Origin: Marsupella aquatica | Taxonomy: Eukaryota; Plantae; Marchantiophyta | NCBI GenBank assembly: GCA_973895155.1 | Contig: OZ316892.1 | Coordinates: forward strand, 10,458,283 to 10,522,282 | DNA length: 64,000 nucleotides | Direction of reading: 5' to 3' | Notes under the pieces: model-generated | Seen by the model: only the letters and a program-made list of their open reading frames with translations | Told to the model about the DNA's origin: nothing | Databases searched by the model: none | Program-made: the position numbers and the translations under genes | Shown: positions 12,428-25,087 of the stretch, one piece after another | How positions within the stretch are numbered: the first letter of the stretch is position 1 | Layout of the letters: every line of letters begins with the position of its first letter

Positions 12428-15420
12428 CTAAGCGCAGCACATGCTGGACTTCGAAGTAGGTTGGGGAGCACGGTCTGCAAATGAAATGCCTGCTGCCTTG
12501 GCTGCTGGTTGGAGCTTTGGTAATCTCTTAGCTGCAATCACAGTTTTTTCAATTACAGTTAGGAGACATCTCTAACCAGTCTTCAAGGTTGCCTGTTCGC
12601 AACAAATTTGACAGATTTTAATATAGGATGTACACTCAGTTAACAAGTCACGAGATAAGAAGCCAAATTACGCACTCGTCCGTACATATTGTAACGTCAT
12701 TATTCTCCCGTCAGCTCCACAACGTCTCTTTGAGACAATTCTAAAGCCCTGATGCTCTGGATTGAATCCAAAAATTAAAGTGGCTCGTAGCTACAAACTT
12801 ACCAATCTCATAGAAAAGCTCATTGACATTCTGGCCAGTCTTCGCCGATGTTTCCATGAAAAAGAGGCCATTCTCATCCGCATACGCCTGTGCGTCCTGC
12901 AAAGGTCATGTAAAAGATGTGCAAGCTTAGCAGAAGGCATAGTCTCATCTATCATATTGGCTCTGGATGCAATTCTTGCCGCCAGCAGATAGTAGCGGAC
13001 CCTCAAAAGGAATGTTCAGACAAATATGGTCCTTCGGAAAATCATATATGCTCAACATCAGATAGTGAACGATCATCCAACCGGAGAAGAATAATTTGAT
13101 CTAAAAAGGTATGAGCTTTTGTTTTGATTAGAAATGTATTCACTATCCTGGAAAAAACTCCTCACCTCCTGCGAGATACTTCTCTTTGCATCAAGATCAG
13201 CCTTGTTTCCAGCCAGAGCCATCACAAGGTTTGCATTTCCTGCAGCAGAACCATTATCAAGAAATTTAGCCACGAAGATCGGGACAGAAACGCCTCCAGC
13301 ACTACTAAAGCCTGTACAATTGCTTGGCAGCAGAACCCATATAAACACTGCCAGGGCTCACGCTGGTGAAGGTTTGAGAAAGCCGCATTTTCTCGATAAA
13401 ACGCAAAATTGGAACCGCTCATGTCAAAAGCATCAATTCCAAGCAGTCGAAAGAAAACTCCATGACAGTTCATATACTAAAGTGGTTCTCCGAGTTCGCA
13501 GATTGCAGACAGTTACCGATGGAGGTCAAATCACGGACAAAGTCTTGCCATGGCAAAAACCGTTTTATCACAGACTTGACTATATGAATTTGAACTAAGA
13601 AATAAATTGATGTACGAATGCTGACCGACTACAGATTTGATTCTATTACAGGAGCACGGTTTCCTTGGATGAGTTGACAGAGGAATGCATACCTTGACTT
13701 TGCAGCTCTGCCACCCACTTCTTGGCTCGGGCAAATGATTCCTGTCATACATGTAAGGTGAGCATTTTGCTGTAGCATCGATAAACCATAACAGGGCAAA
13801 CCTTCGCTACCCTCGGTGACAAAAGATTCCGGCCCAAAATTCTTAACTATGCATATTGACAATATCTCCAAAAGTAATTTCCACCTAAATGGAGTTCTCG
13901 TTACAGAAGATACCCAACCTGCTATTGGAAGCTTCAGGGCCTCAAAGTGAAGACTACATCCAATCTGGCCAAAAAGAGGAACACGACTTCTGACGAACGG
14001 CGACAGACCAGGACTTTCCAGACGTCCGGTAGGAAAGACAAACCCGAAGAGTCCACAACTACTACTGCAAAACTTTCATCGACTTAACATGAGAGACAAT
14101 CATTTTACTTCTTTCCTAGGACTTAACATGTGATCCACGAAAGGATGGTACTGCCACAACTCACAGCATTGGAAATGTCATAAACAATGATGGCAGCTGC
14201 CGCCCCACGGTAATACATAGGAGCCAAACTGTGATATCTCTCTTGGCCGGCCGTATCCCATATCTCAAACTTGATGGTTGCATCATTGACTGCCAAAGTT
14301 TGCGTGAGAAATGCTGCCCCAATGGTAGATTCCTGCAGGTCCAATGATGAATTAGGGTTCAATCCCTGTTTAATTGAAAGAAAGAAACAATAACGGCAGT
14401 AAAGGAGAATGTTCGACTGACATCAATCGACGCAGGAAGAACGTTATTGTAATCGAAGGCACATCCGGAAATCAACATCCCTAGACGTCAAGAGTATAGA
14501 ATAACTTACGAAACAGGGCAGACAGAGTGCTGTGCACAATTCCACAAGCACTGAGGTTAAATCGGGTTTAGTACCTGATAATCGAAAAACTGGCCTTTGG
14601 TGAAGCGCAAGACAAGACTGGATTTGCCAGCTCCCATGTCGCCAAGCAGTACCTGGAGGGAGGGGAAAAAAAACATTAGGGTCTCCCGCTCTCTTTCTCT
14701 CTCTCGAATCACCTTTCAGCAAAACCAAGATACAGCACGAATTCTTAATACCGCCCAATCGGAGACAAAATCCAGAGCTCAGATTCACCTAGAGGATGAC
14801 TAGCACAGACCATCACGTCATCGAAGTCTAAAGGGTAAAACTGCGGCCCCTCGGTGTTCCATATCGTGAGCACAATACTGCTAAATTTGCTAGTCGAATT
14901 AGCTACCGTCGGGACGACTAGCAGACAATCTAATCAGTCTGAGAATCCGAGGACCAGCCAACTTGGTTCACGCGCCGAGGAAGCGGGGCGGGATTGTGTC
15001 AAAATGCATGAACACAGAATATGACGACGCCATAGGAATTCAACCGCTGGCACGGACTTAGCCCTCCAAAACGGTACAGGAGGGGCCGCAATCAACTCCA
15101 CACTAGGACAAAACGTGCCGCCCACTCCTCCGAGTCTAAACGAGTGCCAGAAAGGTTTCCGTGACACGGGAGTCTAAAACCTCTCAGACAGGGAAGGAGA
15201 ATTCCCGGAACAACAACGAGATCGACCTTGAATTTCATGAACTGCCTCAAACCAAATCAACGCACACAAAACGCACGGAGCCTTTCTATCGTTCGTTCAC
15301 AGAGCTGCTACTGTAGCAGCTGCCGCTCGTGGCATCATAAGCCATACCAATCCTTAACAAATGGATGGAACGACCACCTACCAGTTTTGCCTGCCTCTGG
15401 TTTGTCCCGACGGTCGCCAT
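12428..15420 (-). CDS. RABF2: Rab5-family small GTPase (conventional RabF2 type), 7 coding exons
   Basis: Exons 15382-15420 ([13 protein letters not shown]), 14575-14652 (GDMGAGKSS), 14165-14332 ([15 protein letters not shown]), 13693-13741, 13166-13239 (GNKAD), 12803-12896 (ETSAK), 12428-12531 (ends SMCCA-stop, a prenylation motif). All introns are GT-AG. Confidence 0.95.
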
Positions 15421-15597
15421 CCGGCTTAATTCCAAAACAGAAAAGCCCTCTTCCTACACAAAACACCGACGCCGCGAAGGGCGTCCTTCTTCTGCTAACG
15501 AAGAAACCCTTTCCTCCTCCTCCTCTTTCAGACACCACACGCTCGTCCCTGCTTCTCTGTCTACCTCTCTCCCCTTCGTTCAGCTCTTCTCCTCCGT

Positions 15598-16596
15598 GGC
15601 CTGATCACTTTCCTTCCAGTAACGTCCTGAGCGCCACGCGACCTCCGAGGAACTCCTGCCTGCCTTCTTGCCCGAGGCAAATCAACCAATCAATCAATCA
15701 AGCAGTCAATAGTACCAAATCAAACTAGAATCCAAGGCGGTCTAGCCCCGTGACCTGATCACTTCCGTCTCTTCCAGTTCCTTTTCTTCCAGTACCGTCC
15801 CAATCACTTCTTCACTTCCCTTCCCTTCCCTTTCTTCCAATACCGTCCTGAAGGACAAGACCTGAACGCTGTGCAACCTCCGCCGACGAGAGCACTTACT
15901 GCTTTGCTTGCCGAAGAAATCAAATCAAACCAAATCAATCAATCAATCAACCAATCGATGGTCTCTCTATGTGTTCGGAGTCCCAATGAATCGAAAAATC
16001 CCGAGAGGGTCTACAGTGAGTAGTGGTAGCGTCGCGGTGACGTTCTCGATGACCAACCCACCTCGCACCACCACGGCCGAAGGCTGACTGATGGGAGTAC
16101 AGCAGCAACACCGCAATTCCGCAACAATATAGTAATCAAGAGTGCAAGACCTTCGGGAAAGATCGCGGAACACGGACCTCCGTCCTTCTTTCGTCTTTTC
16201 GTCTTTTCGTCTTTCCTCGTTCCTCTTCTTCTCGTCTTTTCTTTCCTTTTCCCTCTGACGAGTAGCCTTACATTACCTTACCTTACCTGACATGTAGACT
16301 GTAAAGTGTAGGAGCTGTAACAGCATGGGTACCATAGGTGACTCGTTTCTCACTAGGGCGTGCTTGGCTGTGACTCTCCTTCTTGTCTCCTCTATCCTTT
16401 CCCTCTCAGCCTTACGTTACCTGACTTGTACTGTAATTTTTTGAAGTGTAGAGCTGTAATAGCATGGGCACAAAGGTGTCTCTGTTCTCACCAGGGAGTC
16501 TCAAGGCTGGACCATGACTCAAAGTTATAGTCTATCCTGTAACTCTCTTTATGGGACCATGACTCAAAGTTATGGTCTATCCTGTAACTCTCTTTA
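15598..16596. repeat. Local tandem duplications and (AATC)n microsatellites upstream of the Rab5 gene
   Basis: A diverged duplicate CCTGATCACTT..(AATC)n lies at ~15600-15700 and ~15755-15955. A second duplicate lies at ~16264-16358 and ~16408-16496. A 44-bp tandem pair lies at ~16509-16596. Confidence 0.6.
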
Positions 16597-19156
16597 TAAA
16601 AATGCTCTATTAGGGTCAGACCTTTTACATGTAACCATTCAAAATCCATGGAATCTCTCTATACTAGTTCCCAAAAGAACCTTAGCTTTTGGATAGGAAA
16701 AAAAACTTATTGGTGTATAGTTATTTCTAGTTCAGGACACTATTCTCATAATCTTTTGCCCCAAAAGTTATAGTCAGATAATCTTTTTCAAAATTAAAAA
16801 ATATGAACTAATACCTATGTCTCGCTGGGATGGGGTTCTAGTTTATAATCCTGCATCAAGAATGTTTGAAAAAGCTGCCAGTCACCTGTAAAGACACATG
16901 ATTACTACCCCCCGCCACCCCCGCCAACACACACGCACGCACCTCTATTATCCTATACTTTACATGTGAATTGTAAAGTGTAAGTAATGGGCAAGCTCTC
17001 AAGTGTAAGTAATGGGGTACCGTCTTGGGACCTTGACGCTTGCCCTACGAAGGCAGAGCGAAAAGTACTTTTCCGAAGCAAGCAAGCCAGGTCAGGAACG
17101 AACGGGGCACCACGTGGACCCTCGCGATTTGGAGCGAGTTGGCCACGCGACGATCTACGAGACACCTGCTTTGGCTCCACGCATGGAATACCGGTAAATA
17201 ATTATGCTGTCAGAGCCCCTCATCCAATGTGATGGGGGCCCAAAACAAAGCCCCCAAGATACTTTTGTCAAAAATACATACAAACTGCAATACTGGACTG
17301 CAATACTGGACTTCTCTACAGTTTCCCTTGTTCTCTAGAGACCGAAACAAAATACAATGTATTTTATATAGTATTATATTCAGGCAAGATCATGATGTCT
17401 TACGTAGGCAGAGGAAAGAGATGAGGGGAACATATGATTTGTCTTTTGTTTTTACTTCATTCTTTTCCACTTTGTTTGTCTTAAGCTAACTATATTTAAT
17501 ATTTGCTCGTTTAAGTTCAGCCTAATGTGACCAATCCCCCTTTGGTCATGGGCCTGGTTTTATGAAGTCTTCCTCAGCAAGAGGAAGAGTAACATGAGGA
17601 TTGCTCCCCCTCTCAGCCATGCACTTGTGAGTTTGTCTACACATCACACTATAAAGTATGTCCATTGCTTAAAATGTTTCCATGCTTATGGGTTTGAAAT
17701 CAATTTGTGCCAACTAAATAGAGAGCTGCTAGAAGTATAGCAGGCAGTACACTCAAGATGAGATCCTGCACCTCTCTTTCACCTGGAAAGTATCTATGAC
17801 TATTATTGTATTGTCCACCATGTCTAAGTGCAGTGACTCAATTACAATTGTGTGAATAACTGCAGGCCACTTATGTAGTCATATATATCACTGCCACAAA
17901 ACAAAAACACTGAATGGGAGACAAGGACGCAAAGGCAAAGCAACCCAAGCAAGGGAAAGGAGAATGGCCCCTACTATTAGAGCAGTTTCTACATTCACTA
18001 AAGGACAAATATGTAATTAAGTGCATGTTTTGTCTTTAAATGTACAATCATTTGCATTTATCAGATACTGTAAAAGAGTTCCCAATATTGTTTTTTAAGA
18101 GCTTGGACTACTACATAGAGTACTTACATGCACTTATCCAGTTCAGGTGCAGTACATGGATTTAGGGTACAAGGACTTCAGGGCGTGGGACCTTACAGCA
18201 GGTTCACCACAACATGACAATTCCAGATTGTGTTGGCAAACATCTTACTCAAGTAACTGAGTGGGCACGGCATTGAGCATGGAGGCCGGGCTTAGGTGGA
18301 GGTGGTCAAGCGGTAATTTCTTTCTTTAAGAGTTTGAACTGCATGTATGTAGTCATGCACATACCCAGAAGTGCATAACCTTAACTCCCTGCATTTGCTG
18401 GGTAGTGCATATCATGGATAAGTGCACGCTTGGGCGTCTCTCTGGGAGCCTCCACTAGACACAATACACTGTATCTCTCTTTCAAGACTGTAACTTTTTC
18501 TACTTACTTTTCAACCTTCATGCGTGAAGACAATAGGATAATTTTTTGTGACTATGAATAAGTTAATTAGTGTTCGTCTTGGAAGTGGCCATGCATATTC
18601 GTCTTGGAAGTGCCCATGCATATCCATATGGTGACCTGGATCCACCAAGGATTCAAAATGAACACTTGCAATGGTAAATTCTGTCCCCAAGTAAAATGGT
18701 TGCTGATTGTTCATTGTTTTCTAGATCGCTGGTTAATTTAGAACTCTAAACAAGAATATCCAGGTTGAATTCTAAACAACATGAATTAGAAACTATAATA
18801 AAGGGTTGCGCCTTCATTCAAATTTGAAGAGTCTTTTTGAGTGAAAGAAAAGCAAACTGGAAAAAGAGAAAGGAATAAGAAGAAAACAATTATGTTTGGT
18901 GTGAACACCTTTTTCCAAGCAAGAAAAGTACAAATTATTCACTTTTACAGTTTTACCCTCCATGCTACACCATGCTCCTCCCTCTACCATCCATGCCATA
19001 CTATGCTCCAATCATGCCATATCATCCATGCATAGGAAGTAGAGGAGTTTAATTACAAATATTAGGTGATCAATAAAGTAGTGCACAATCTAATCAAAAA
19101 GACAAGACAAGAAAACTAGTGAAAAAGAAGGAAAATAAAAGGGAAAGGGGGGGTTG

Positions 19157-20999
19157 TGTTAAGTATTTACTCAAGGTCTAGGGTTACGACATGTAACCAT
19201 AGTTAGGCTAACCATAGTCGGAGACGTGGTTAGGTTAACTAGGATGCACACTATATGCCAAGCGGTGTTTGCTTGGATAAGTGGAACTTAGGCTCATTGT
19301 TACGGAGCCACTTGAGAGATGAGGAGAGCTTACACTGTGGAGACTTGGTTTAGCTGACGGGCTTAGAGTTCAGTAAAGCTCTCTTGTGTGTTCCTGTGGA
19401 CGTAGCCTGGAGGAGGTGAACCACGTATCTCTTGTGTCGACTACTTGCGCATTGGATGTGTCATGTGCTTACCGTTACGAGTGTCGTAGTGGTGGACCTT
19501 GCCACCCAGCGCCCTCACCAATCCCAGCACTTGCGCCTAAGTGCCCTTGGTGCCCAAACGCCTCCATGGAATACCTCGAGCAAGCATCCAAGTGCCTCTA
19601 GCACCGCCAGCAGCCACGCCCATACGAAGCCGCACTTGTTCTCCTACACGACCGCTACTCAACGGTCCTCACTGTCTGCACAAACAACCAAGCACCTCGG
19701 TAAGTAACCCCTCCGGATCTAGAACTTGCCAAGTCTAGCATCCTAACTCAAGCTCAACAGACGTTGGTAAATAGGTCAGTGATAGGTCCTCTCGATGCCA
19801 TAAGCCGGAACTAGAACCCACGCCCACTGTCCGTCCAGGACAGCTCCTTCCTTGGGCGCGCCCCGGGTTCCCCCTCGTACCCATCCATCACCAACTGACC
19901 ACCCTGACCTCAGGACATGCTCATGGCCCAAATAGCGTAGCTTGTCCTAAAGCTTGTCCCAAGCTTGTCTCAACACACCGGGACCAGAACGGCCCCGACT
20001 CTAACATCGACTCCCGGTTTGCCCCACTGATGGTCTAGGGACCGAGCGCCCTTGGGACTCAGCCTCCATACCTACTTGGTCTTGCCTCCCCAATGCAAGC
20101 TCCCTTGGGAGGCTGAACGCGGTTTGGCTGCTGTTCGGCAGGATTTGGCAAACGGGCAAGCTAACACCCGCAAACCACGAGAACCCATGGCACCCCCAGA
20201 CCCAGCTAAGCTCAGGAGGGTGTAGCCCTCCTCAAGAGCTTTCGAACGCACCTAAGAAGTCCTCCAACGGACTTCCCGTCGGGAAGATATCGCCATTTCC
20301 ATTTGACGGTTTCCCATAGTGTCGCGATCGCCGCGGCTCACAACTTTGGCTCGCCCTTAGCCCCCAGGGGGACACCATTCCCCTCATATATGCTTCTGGG
20401 GACCTGCCACCCCCGGACCAGCTTTGGTCCCGAAACATTTGGCCCCCAACCCGGATCCCATCGCGCATAATGGGCGCGCCACCAACTGGCAACGCCCATA
20501 ACTTTCTTGATAGGCATCCGCAAGCGGATTGCCTTAGCCCGTTGTGATCGGGCTGACCCAGTGCACCTGCCTAGGCCCTCAGGTCTGATTGCCGCTCGGG
20601 GCCCCTGACCGGCCCAACCCGGCTCGGGCCACAACTTGCGCCCCAAGCGTCCGTTGCCAATGGCATCAACTCCATTGGCCTTGGACCCAAGAGGAGCTCA
20701 CTCCCAAGCCCTCAGAACTCAAAGTCCATCCGATGGTCCGGATGGCCACCCTTGAGCCCGGCCCATTTCCTCTTGATCCCAACCAGCCATAGGCTAGTCC
20801 AAGTCCTTAGTGCGTGTCCCCAGCTTGGCCCCTTGCCTTGCTAGTGCCACGTCTCATTGCCCACAAGTCTCCCCATGCTAAGTCCTCCCCGGATGGCCTA
20901 TCCGGGTCTGGACCATAAGGGAGCTCGGCATCGGAGTCAGCAACGCTGGAGCTAAGTGTTAAAGTAGTCGAGTTCCACGACTATCGTCTATGTTCAACA
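19157..20999 (+). repeat. Copia 5' LTR (19157-19486 plus 20987-20999), interrupted by a 1.5-kb insertion
   Basis: Matches 55973-56315 once the insert and its duplication are removed. Confidence 0.92.
19487..20983. mobile_element. 1.5-kb non-coding insertion (non-autonomous TIR element, or solo LTR with atypical ends)
   Basis: Absent from the 3' LTR copy. Imperfect inverted termini TAGTGGTGGACC / GTTCCACGACTA. Flanked by a duplicated TCG(T). Confidence 0.8.
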
Positions 21000-21001
21000 A
21001 T

Positions 21002-21013
21002 TGGTATCAAAGC
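21002..21013 (+). other. Primer-binding site (initiator Met tRNA) of the copia element
   Basis: TGGTATCAAAGC two bases after the LTR-terminal CA; the canonical form is TGGTATCAGAGC. Confidence 0.85.
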
Positions 21014-21477
21014 ATGCCTGGGAGGTGACATTGTTCGTGACGGGATTTCGTGACGGTTTTTTCCAGCGTTAAGTGTTGGTGGATTTCCCGGAGTTCCATC
21101 GCATGGAACTTGGAGTTTATGGGCTCAACGGATAGATCAGGGCAAGGGCTTTCTAACGGTGCAAAGAAATCGTTGAACAGAGATTGTGGTGCGGAGAGAT
21201 CTAAGTTTTCGTCATTCTGGAATTTGTGAAGAAAGTTGACAACATTCGTGTTCGACAATTTTTTCAGAGGAGGGACCAGAGTTTGTTCACTCGACAGTGT
21301 GAGCTCTACGGCAAAGGAGACGTCACATACTATAGCTTCGCTTGTAGATCGGGACGAGCTGGTTGTTTTGGTAGCTAATTTGTTACCAAGTGAGTACCGT
21401 GTGCGACGGGACGAGAAAAAGAAGCGTTCTAATTTTCTCACCGGCTATGGAGTCTTCTTTTGCCTTGTAGTTTGCTA

Positions 21478-22806
21478 TGAAGAACCAAAAACACACTTAA
21501 AGGTCTTCAAACTCGGTATTCGTTCCCGTAAAGAACAAGATGGGGTTGGTTTGATAGATTTAAACAATAATAAAGAACTAAAGATGTTTTCCACACATAG
21601 TAATCAAGTTTGATTACTTCACTAAGGTATTTTGAAGATCGCTCCACAGCGGTGAGTAGTTTTCAATGATAACTCAGCATCAGGTAACCATAAATTAATG
21701 AAAAAGGAATGATTAACAAAACACAAGAGAAAATAATCTCAAAGTACGCTAAGGGAGTTTGGAATAGACCAAGGTTACTCCTTAGACATAAGTCAAAATG
21801 AAAAGACTTAAGGATTCAAATCCATATTGTTTTTCAGATCTAAACTGCTTACTAGAGTACCTTTTAAAATGCCGTCAACATGTCTTATCCTTTCTTTCTA
21901 AGTGGTACTCAGATAAGATCTAAAAGGTAGCTACTTCAACATTTAGATGGTACTAAGCAACATGAAAGAAAATCCATCAATTTCAATGAGACTTAAACTC
22001 AATGAGTTAACTTCAAGAACTCAAGAGATTGTAATGAGTCACCAATAAGGAATCTATCATTACAACTCAAAAGATTTGCACAAAAGGAATTTTACTTCCT
22101 GTGTTTATAATCATAGGTAAAAACACAAGAAGGAGGTAAGTCTCTCCAAATGTTAAACCTGATCTCGAACTCATAGATTCATGATCAACTAGTTTAACAC
22201 AAGGAAGAGGCAGAAATGCATAACTTAACCATAAACTACACTAGTGGTGGAGGGGTCTTATAGTAAAAACCTACAGGGTAAGAGGTCATAGGGTCGAAGA
22301 GACATGCCTCTTCATACTCCTCAAAAAGTCAAAACAGTGATTCAGTAAGTGAAAAGCCGAGAAATGGCTAAGTAAGAACCCGTAAAAGCGTAAAAGCGTA
22401 AAGACATAAACTCGTAAAAGCATAAAAATGTAAAGGCGTAATCTGGTAAATGCGGTAGACTTAAAGACTTACCGAATTCAACTATTTTTAACTTTCTACT
22501 CCTGGCTTGGAAAACTCTAAAATTTTGCCAGTGAGTTTCTCTACGTATAGACTATGTACTAAAGGAGTTTCATAGCTTTTAAAGCTCTATAACACATTTT
22601 GAAAAATAGGGAAAGATGCACTACTCTTAAAACTAATTAAAACACTTAGATTTTGCCTCAAGCTTGTTGTCGGATGTCGTCTGGTTCGAGTAGCTCCACT
22701 GCTGTGACAGTTCGATTCTGTGTAACTTCCATCAGCTCAGCTTGGCGTGAGGATCCTTGAGAGTAGGGTAGGCATCTCAATTGCCTTTCAGGATACATCA
22801 GGGGCA
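21478..22806 (-). repeat. Probable 3' LTR of a minus-strand gypsy-type element (boundaries approximate)
   Basis: Purine tract AAGGAGAAGAA then TG on the minus strand, directly after the 22835 ORF stop. Non-coding. CGTAAA-type repeats are shared with 25260-25400. No second copy in the window. Confidence 0.45.
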
Positions 22807-22834
22807 TTCTTCTCCTTAGATAACATATATCTAT

Positions 22835-23425
22835 TCAAAGAGCTTCTCTATATATCCCAATCACGTCATAATTATTGCAAGTAGCAACATATACTTGGGG
22901 ATAATGGTATAGAAATTCATCAGAGTTCAGCATCCTGGAATAGAAAGGGTGAAGCCTCCATTTGACATCTCTGAAATACCGGTTGACGTTGGCTAGAGTT
23001 TGAGAGGTGACATTGTTCCAGATCCTCTGTTTCTCAGCTAATGAACTGGTTGAAACAAGGGTAACCTTGGGCTCTCGAGGAAGGTAAGCGTTCTGGGGAG
23101 AAGTAGATTTCTTACTCTGCATGAGAAAAGAAATCACAAAATCTAGGGCATAAGCTGCTAAATTTCCAAAATATGCTAGGGCTAAATCTGGATCCTCCAC
23201 CTCTACATCACCCTGAAGTAGCATCACAGCAAGAATGGGTCGGAAGTAGAGAGAGTAAGTCCAAAACTCGTCGAATTGTGCCATCTCCACTCTGGAAGTT
23301 CCAAAACACCTGAGGTCGAAGATATAACTGGCCTCTGTCTTCTTGAGATAGTAGTATTTCCAAAATTCTCCAACCGGTGGTCTGTTGGCCTGCATAATCT
23401 TACAGGTCTCCACATACCTGTGCAC
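22835..23425 (-). CDS. Retrotransposon accessory ORF of unknown function (3' region)
   Basis: 196-aa ORF ending just before the putative PPT/LTR. Probably the C-terminal part of a longer broken ORF that starts at 25087. Confidence 0.45.
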   Translation of the reverse strand: MHRYVETCKIMQANRPPVGEFWKYYYLKKTEASYIFDLRCFGTSRVEMAQFDEFWTYSLYFRPILAVMLLQGDVEVEDPDLALAYFGNLAAYALDFVISFLMQSKKSTSPQNAYLPREPKVTLVSTSSLAEKQRIWNNVTSQTLANVNRYFRDVKWRLHPFYSRMLNSDEFLYHYPQVYVATCNNYDVIGIYREAL

Positions 23426-23758
23426 TTGGGACTCTGGATGTCTCGGGTATCTACTCTCGATGGTGGCATTCCGAGGTGTTTGAGTAGATGAGGTGACAAC
23501 TGCTACTAAGTTTGGATGGGATCTTAAGGCAGTATCAACATCTTCAAATCCCTGCCTTGGGGATGACTCAAGAGAATTATCATAAGATCTATAAGTTTCA
23601 CCATCTGAGGGTGGATCGGAGTCTTCAGGTATATCCTCTCTGACGTAAGGGTGTTCATATTGTGTCCGATTGTAGGTGGGTCCTTCTGTGGGTTCGTAGT
23701 TGGAATCAGGGCTGTAGGGTTGCGAACCTGGGCTAGGAGTGGGACTAGCAGTTGGACA

Positions 23759-25087
23759 TTATTGGATCAAGTTACGGACCACAGATGCTATCTGTCGAGG
23801 TTCACACTGTAGTAGTTCTAACAAGTCATCCACAATGGCCACACAGCTGATACTATCTGTTACTGGAATAGGCTCACTTGTTTCTAGGGGAGGGGGCTGT
23901 ACAGTGACAGGAGTACAGATCACAAACTCCATTGGTGCTGGTTCTCTTGGGGGAGAGGTTATTCTGACAGGGCTTAGCTGATCATGAAATGGTGATCCCA
24001 AACTAACAGCCTCCATTCTCAAATTAGTAACAGCATCATATAGTCCATCATCACTGCAACTGAGGAGAGATATCAACTTATCAATAAGCTGCTAATTCAA
24101 CTCTGCCTTCGAAGGAGTGGACCTGGTGACCTCATGAGGAGTAGCATCAGTTGGTGTAGCAACATCGTCTTGTTGATGAATGCTCCTTACTTCTTCAGCT
24201 TCTAGTGCATCTGCATCCATAGTCCGGCTAGGGAAATTCTCATTACTTATTGATTGGCAAACAACTTCCCTGCTATGCATAGGGGAATGTGTAGGGATTT
24301 CTAATGAAGTATCCTCCATAGGAACATCAGCATTCTCCTCAACGTTCTGATCATTCGAATTCAATGGGGTGACATGTACAATGTCCTCCATATGAATTTC
24401 TTCTTCATTACCCAAGTCAATCAGGAGTAACCCCCTCTCTGTCTCTTCCTCCAGATATAAACAGTCATGAGTATAATAGAGCTGAGAGAGATAATTCTGT
24501 AAACAAGTGGTCCTCCCTGCTTCCAAGCTCCTTACTTGATCCTTCATTACATTAAACAGAAGTAGGGCCCAATTTACTTTTATAGCTCCACTATGAGCAG
24601 CTACAATGGTGTTAGCCAAGGCCACAGGACAGAGAGTTGGCTTTTTCGGATGAAGAATGGGTACCAGAAATTCCATGAGCACTCTCAATTCAGGATAAGT
24701 ACACTGGCACAAGTTCCAACCATTCTTGGCATTTTGAGTTCCTGAGAAGTATGGAGCAGATAAGTCCTGCTTTTTGGAATATAACGCCTCTCCTTCTGAC
24801 GGGCATCCAAAGGCGTAAGCAATTTGCTCAACAGTCCACAGGCTGGGATGAGCTCGAATTGTTTGCCTGAATTCAATCGGGATGATAGTCCCCTTCACAA
24901 AATCCTGCAAGTAGGAGTCGAGCTCGACATTCCAGGGGATCCTGAGCAAGCGCTCCAATCCTAAGTGCTGTAAAGAGTCTTGTAAATTAGAAAGACTAGC
25001 AGGCGCTCGTGGTATACGAGCTGCCACTACTTTTGAGACTGCTAGAGCTTCAATTTGATACTGTTCCTCAGCACCCAGGTTTGCCAT
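23759..25087 (-). pseudogene. Gypsy accessory ORF (PMD/transposase_32-like extra-ORF family), broken by a stop at 24092
   Basis: LGLERLLRIPW..TIRAHPSLWT..KNGW..EFLVPILHPKKPT..LANTI..VNWA resembles repetitive hypothetical proteins I recall from liverwort retroelements. An acidic low-complexity tail continues in 23759-24076. Confidence 0.6.

Noticed and set aside
19120-19156. Purine run before the copia 5' LTR as a PPT
   Set aside because: The LTR is followed by a PBS and flanked by a TSD, so it is a 5' LTR and the purine run is target-site DNA.
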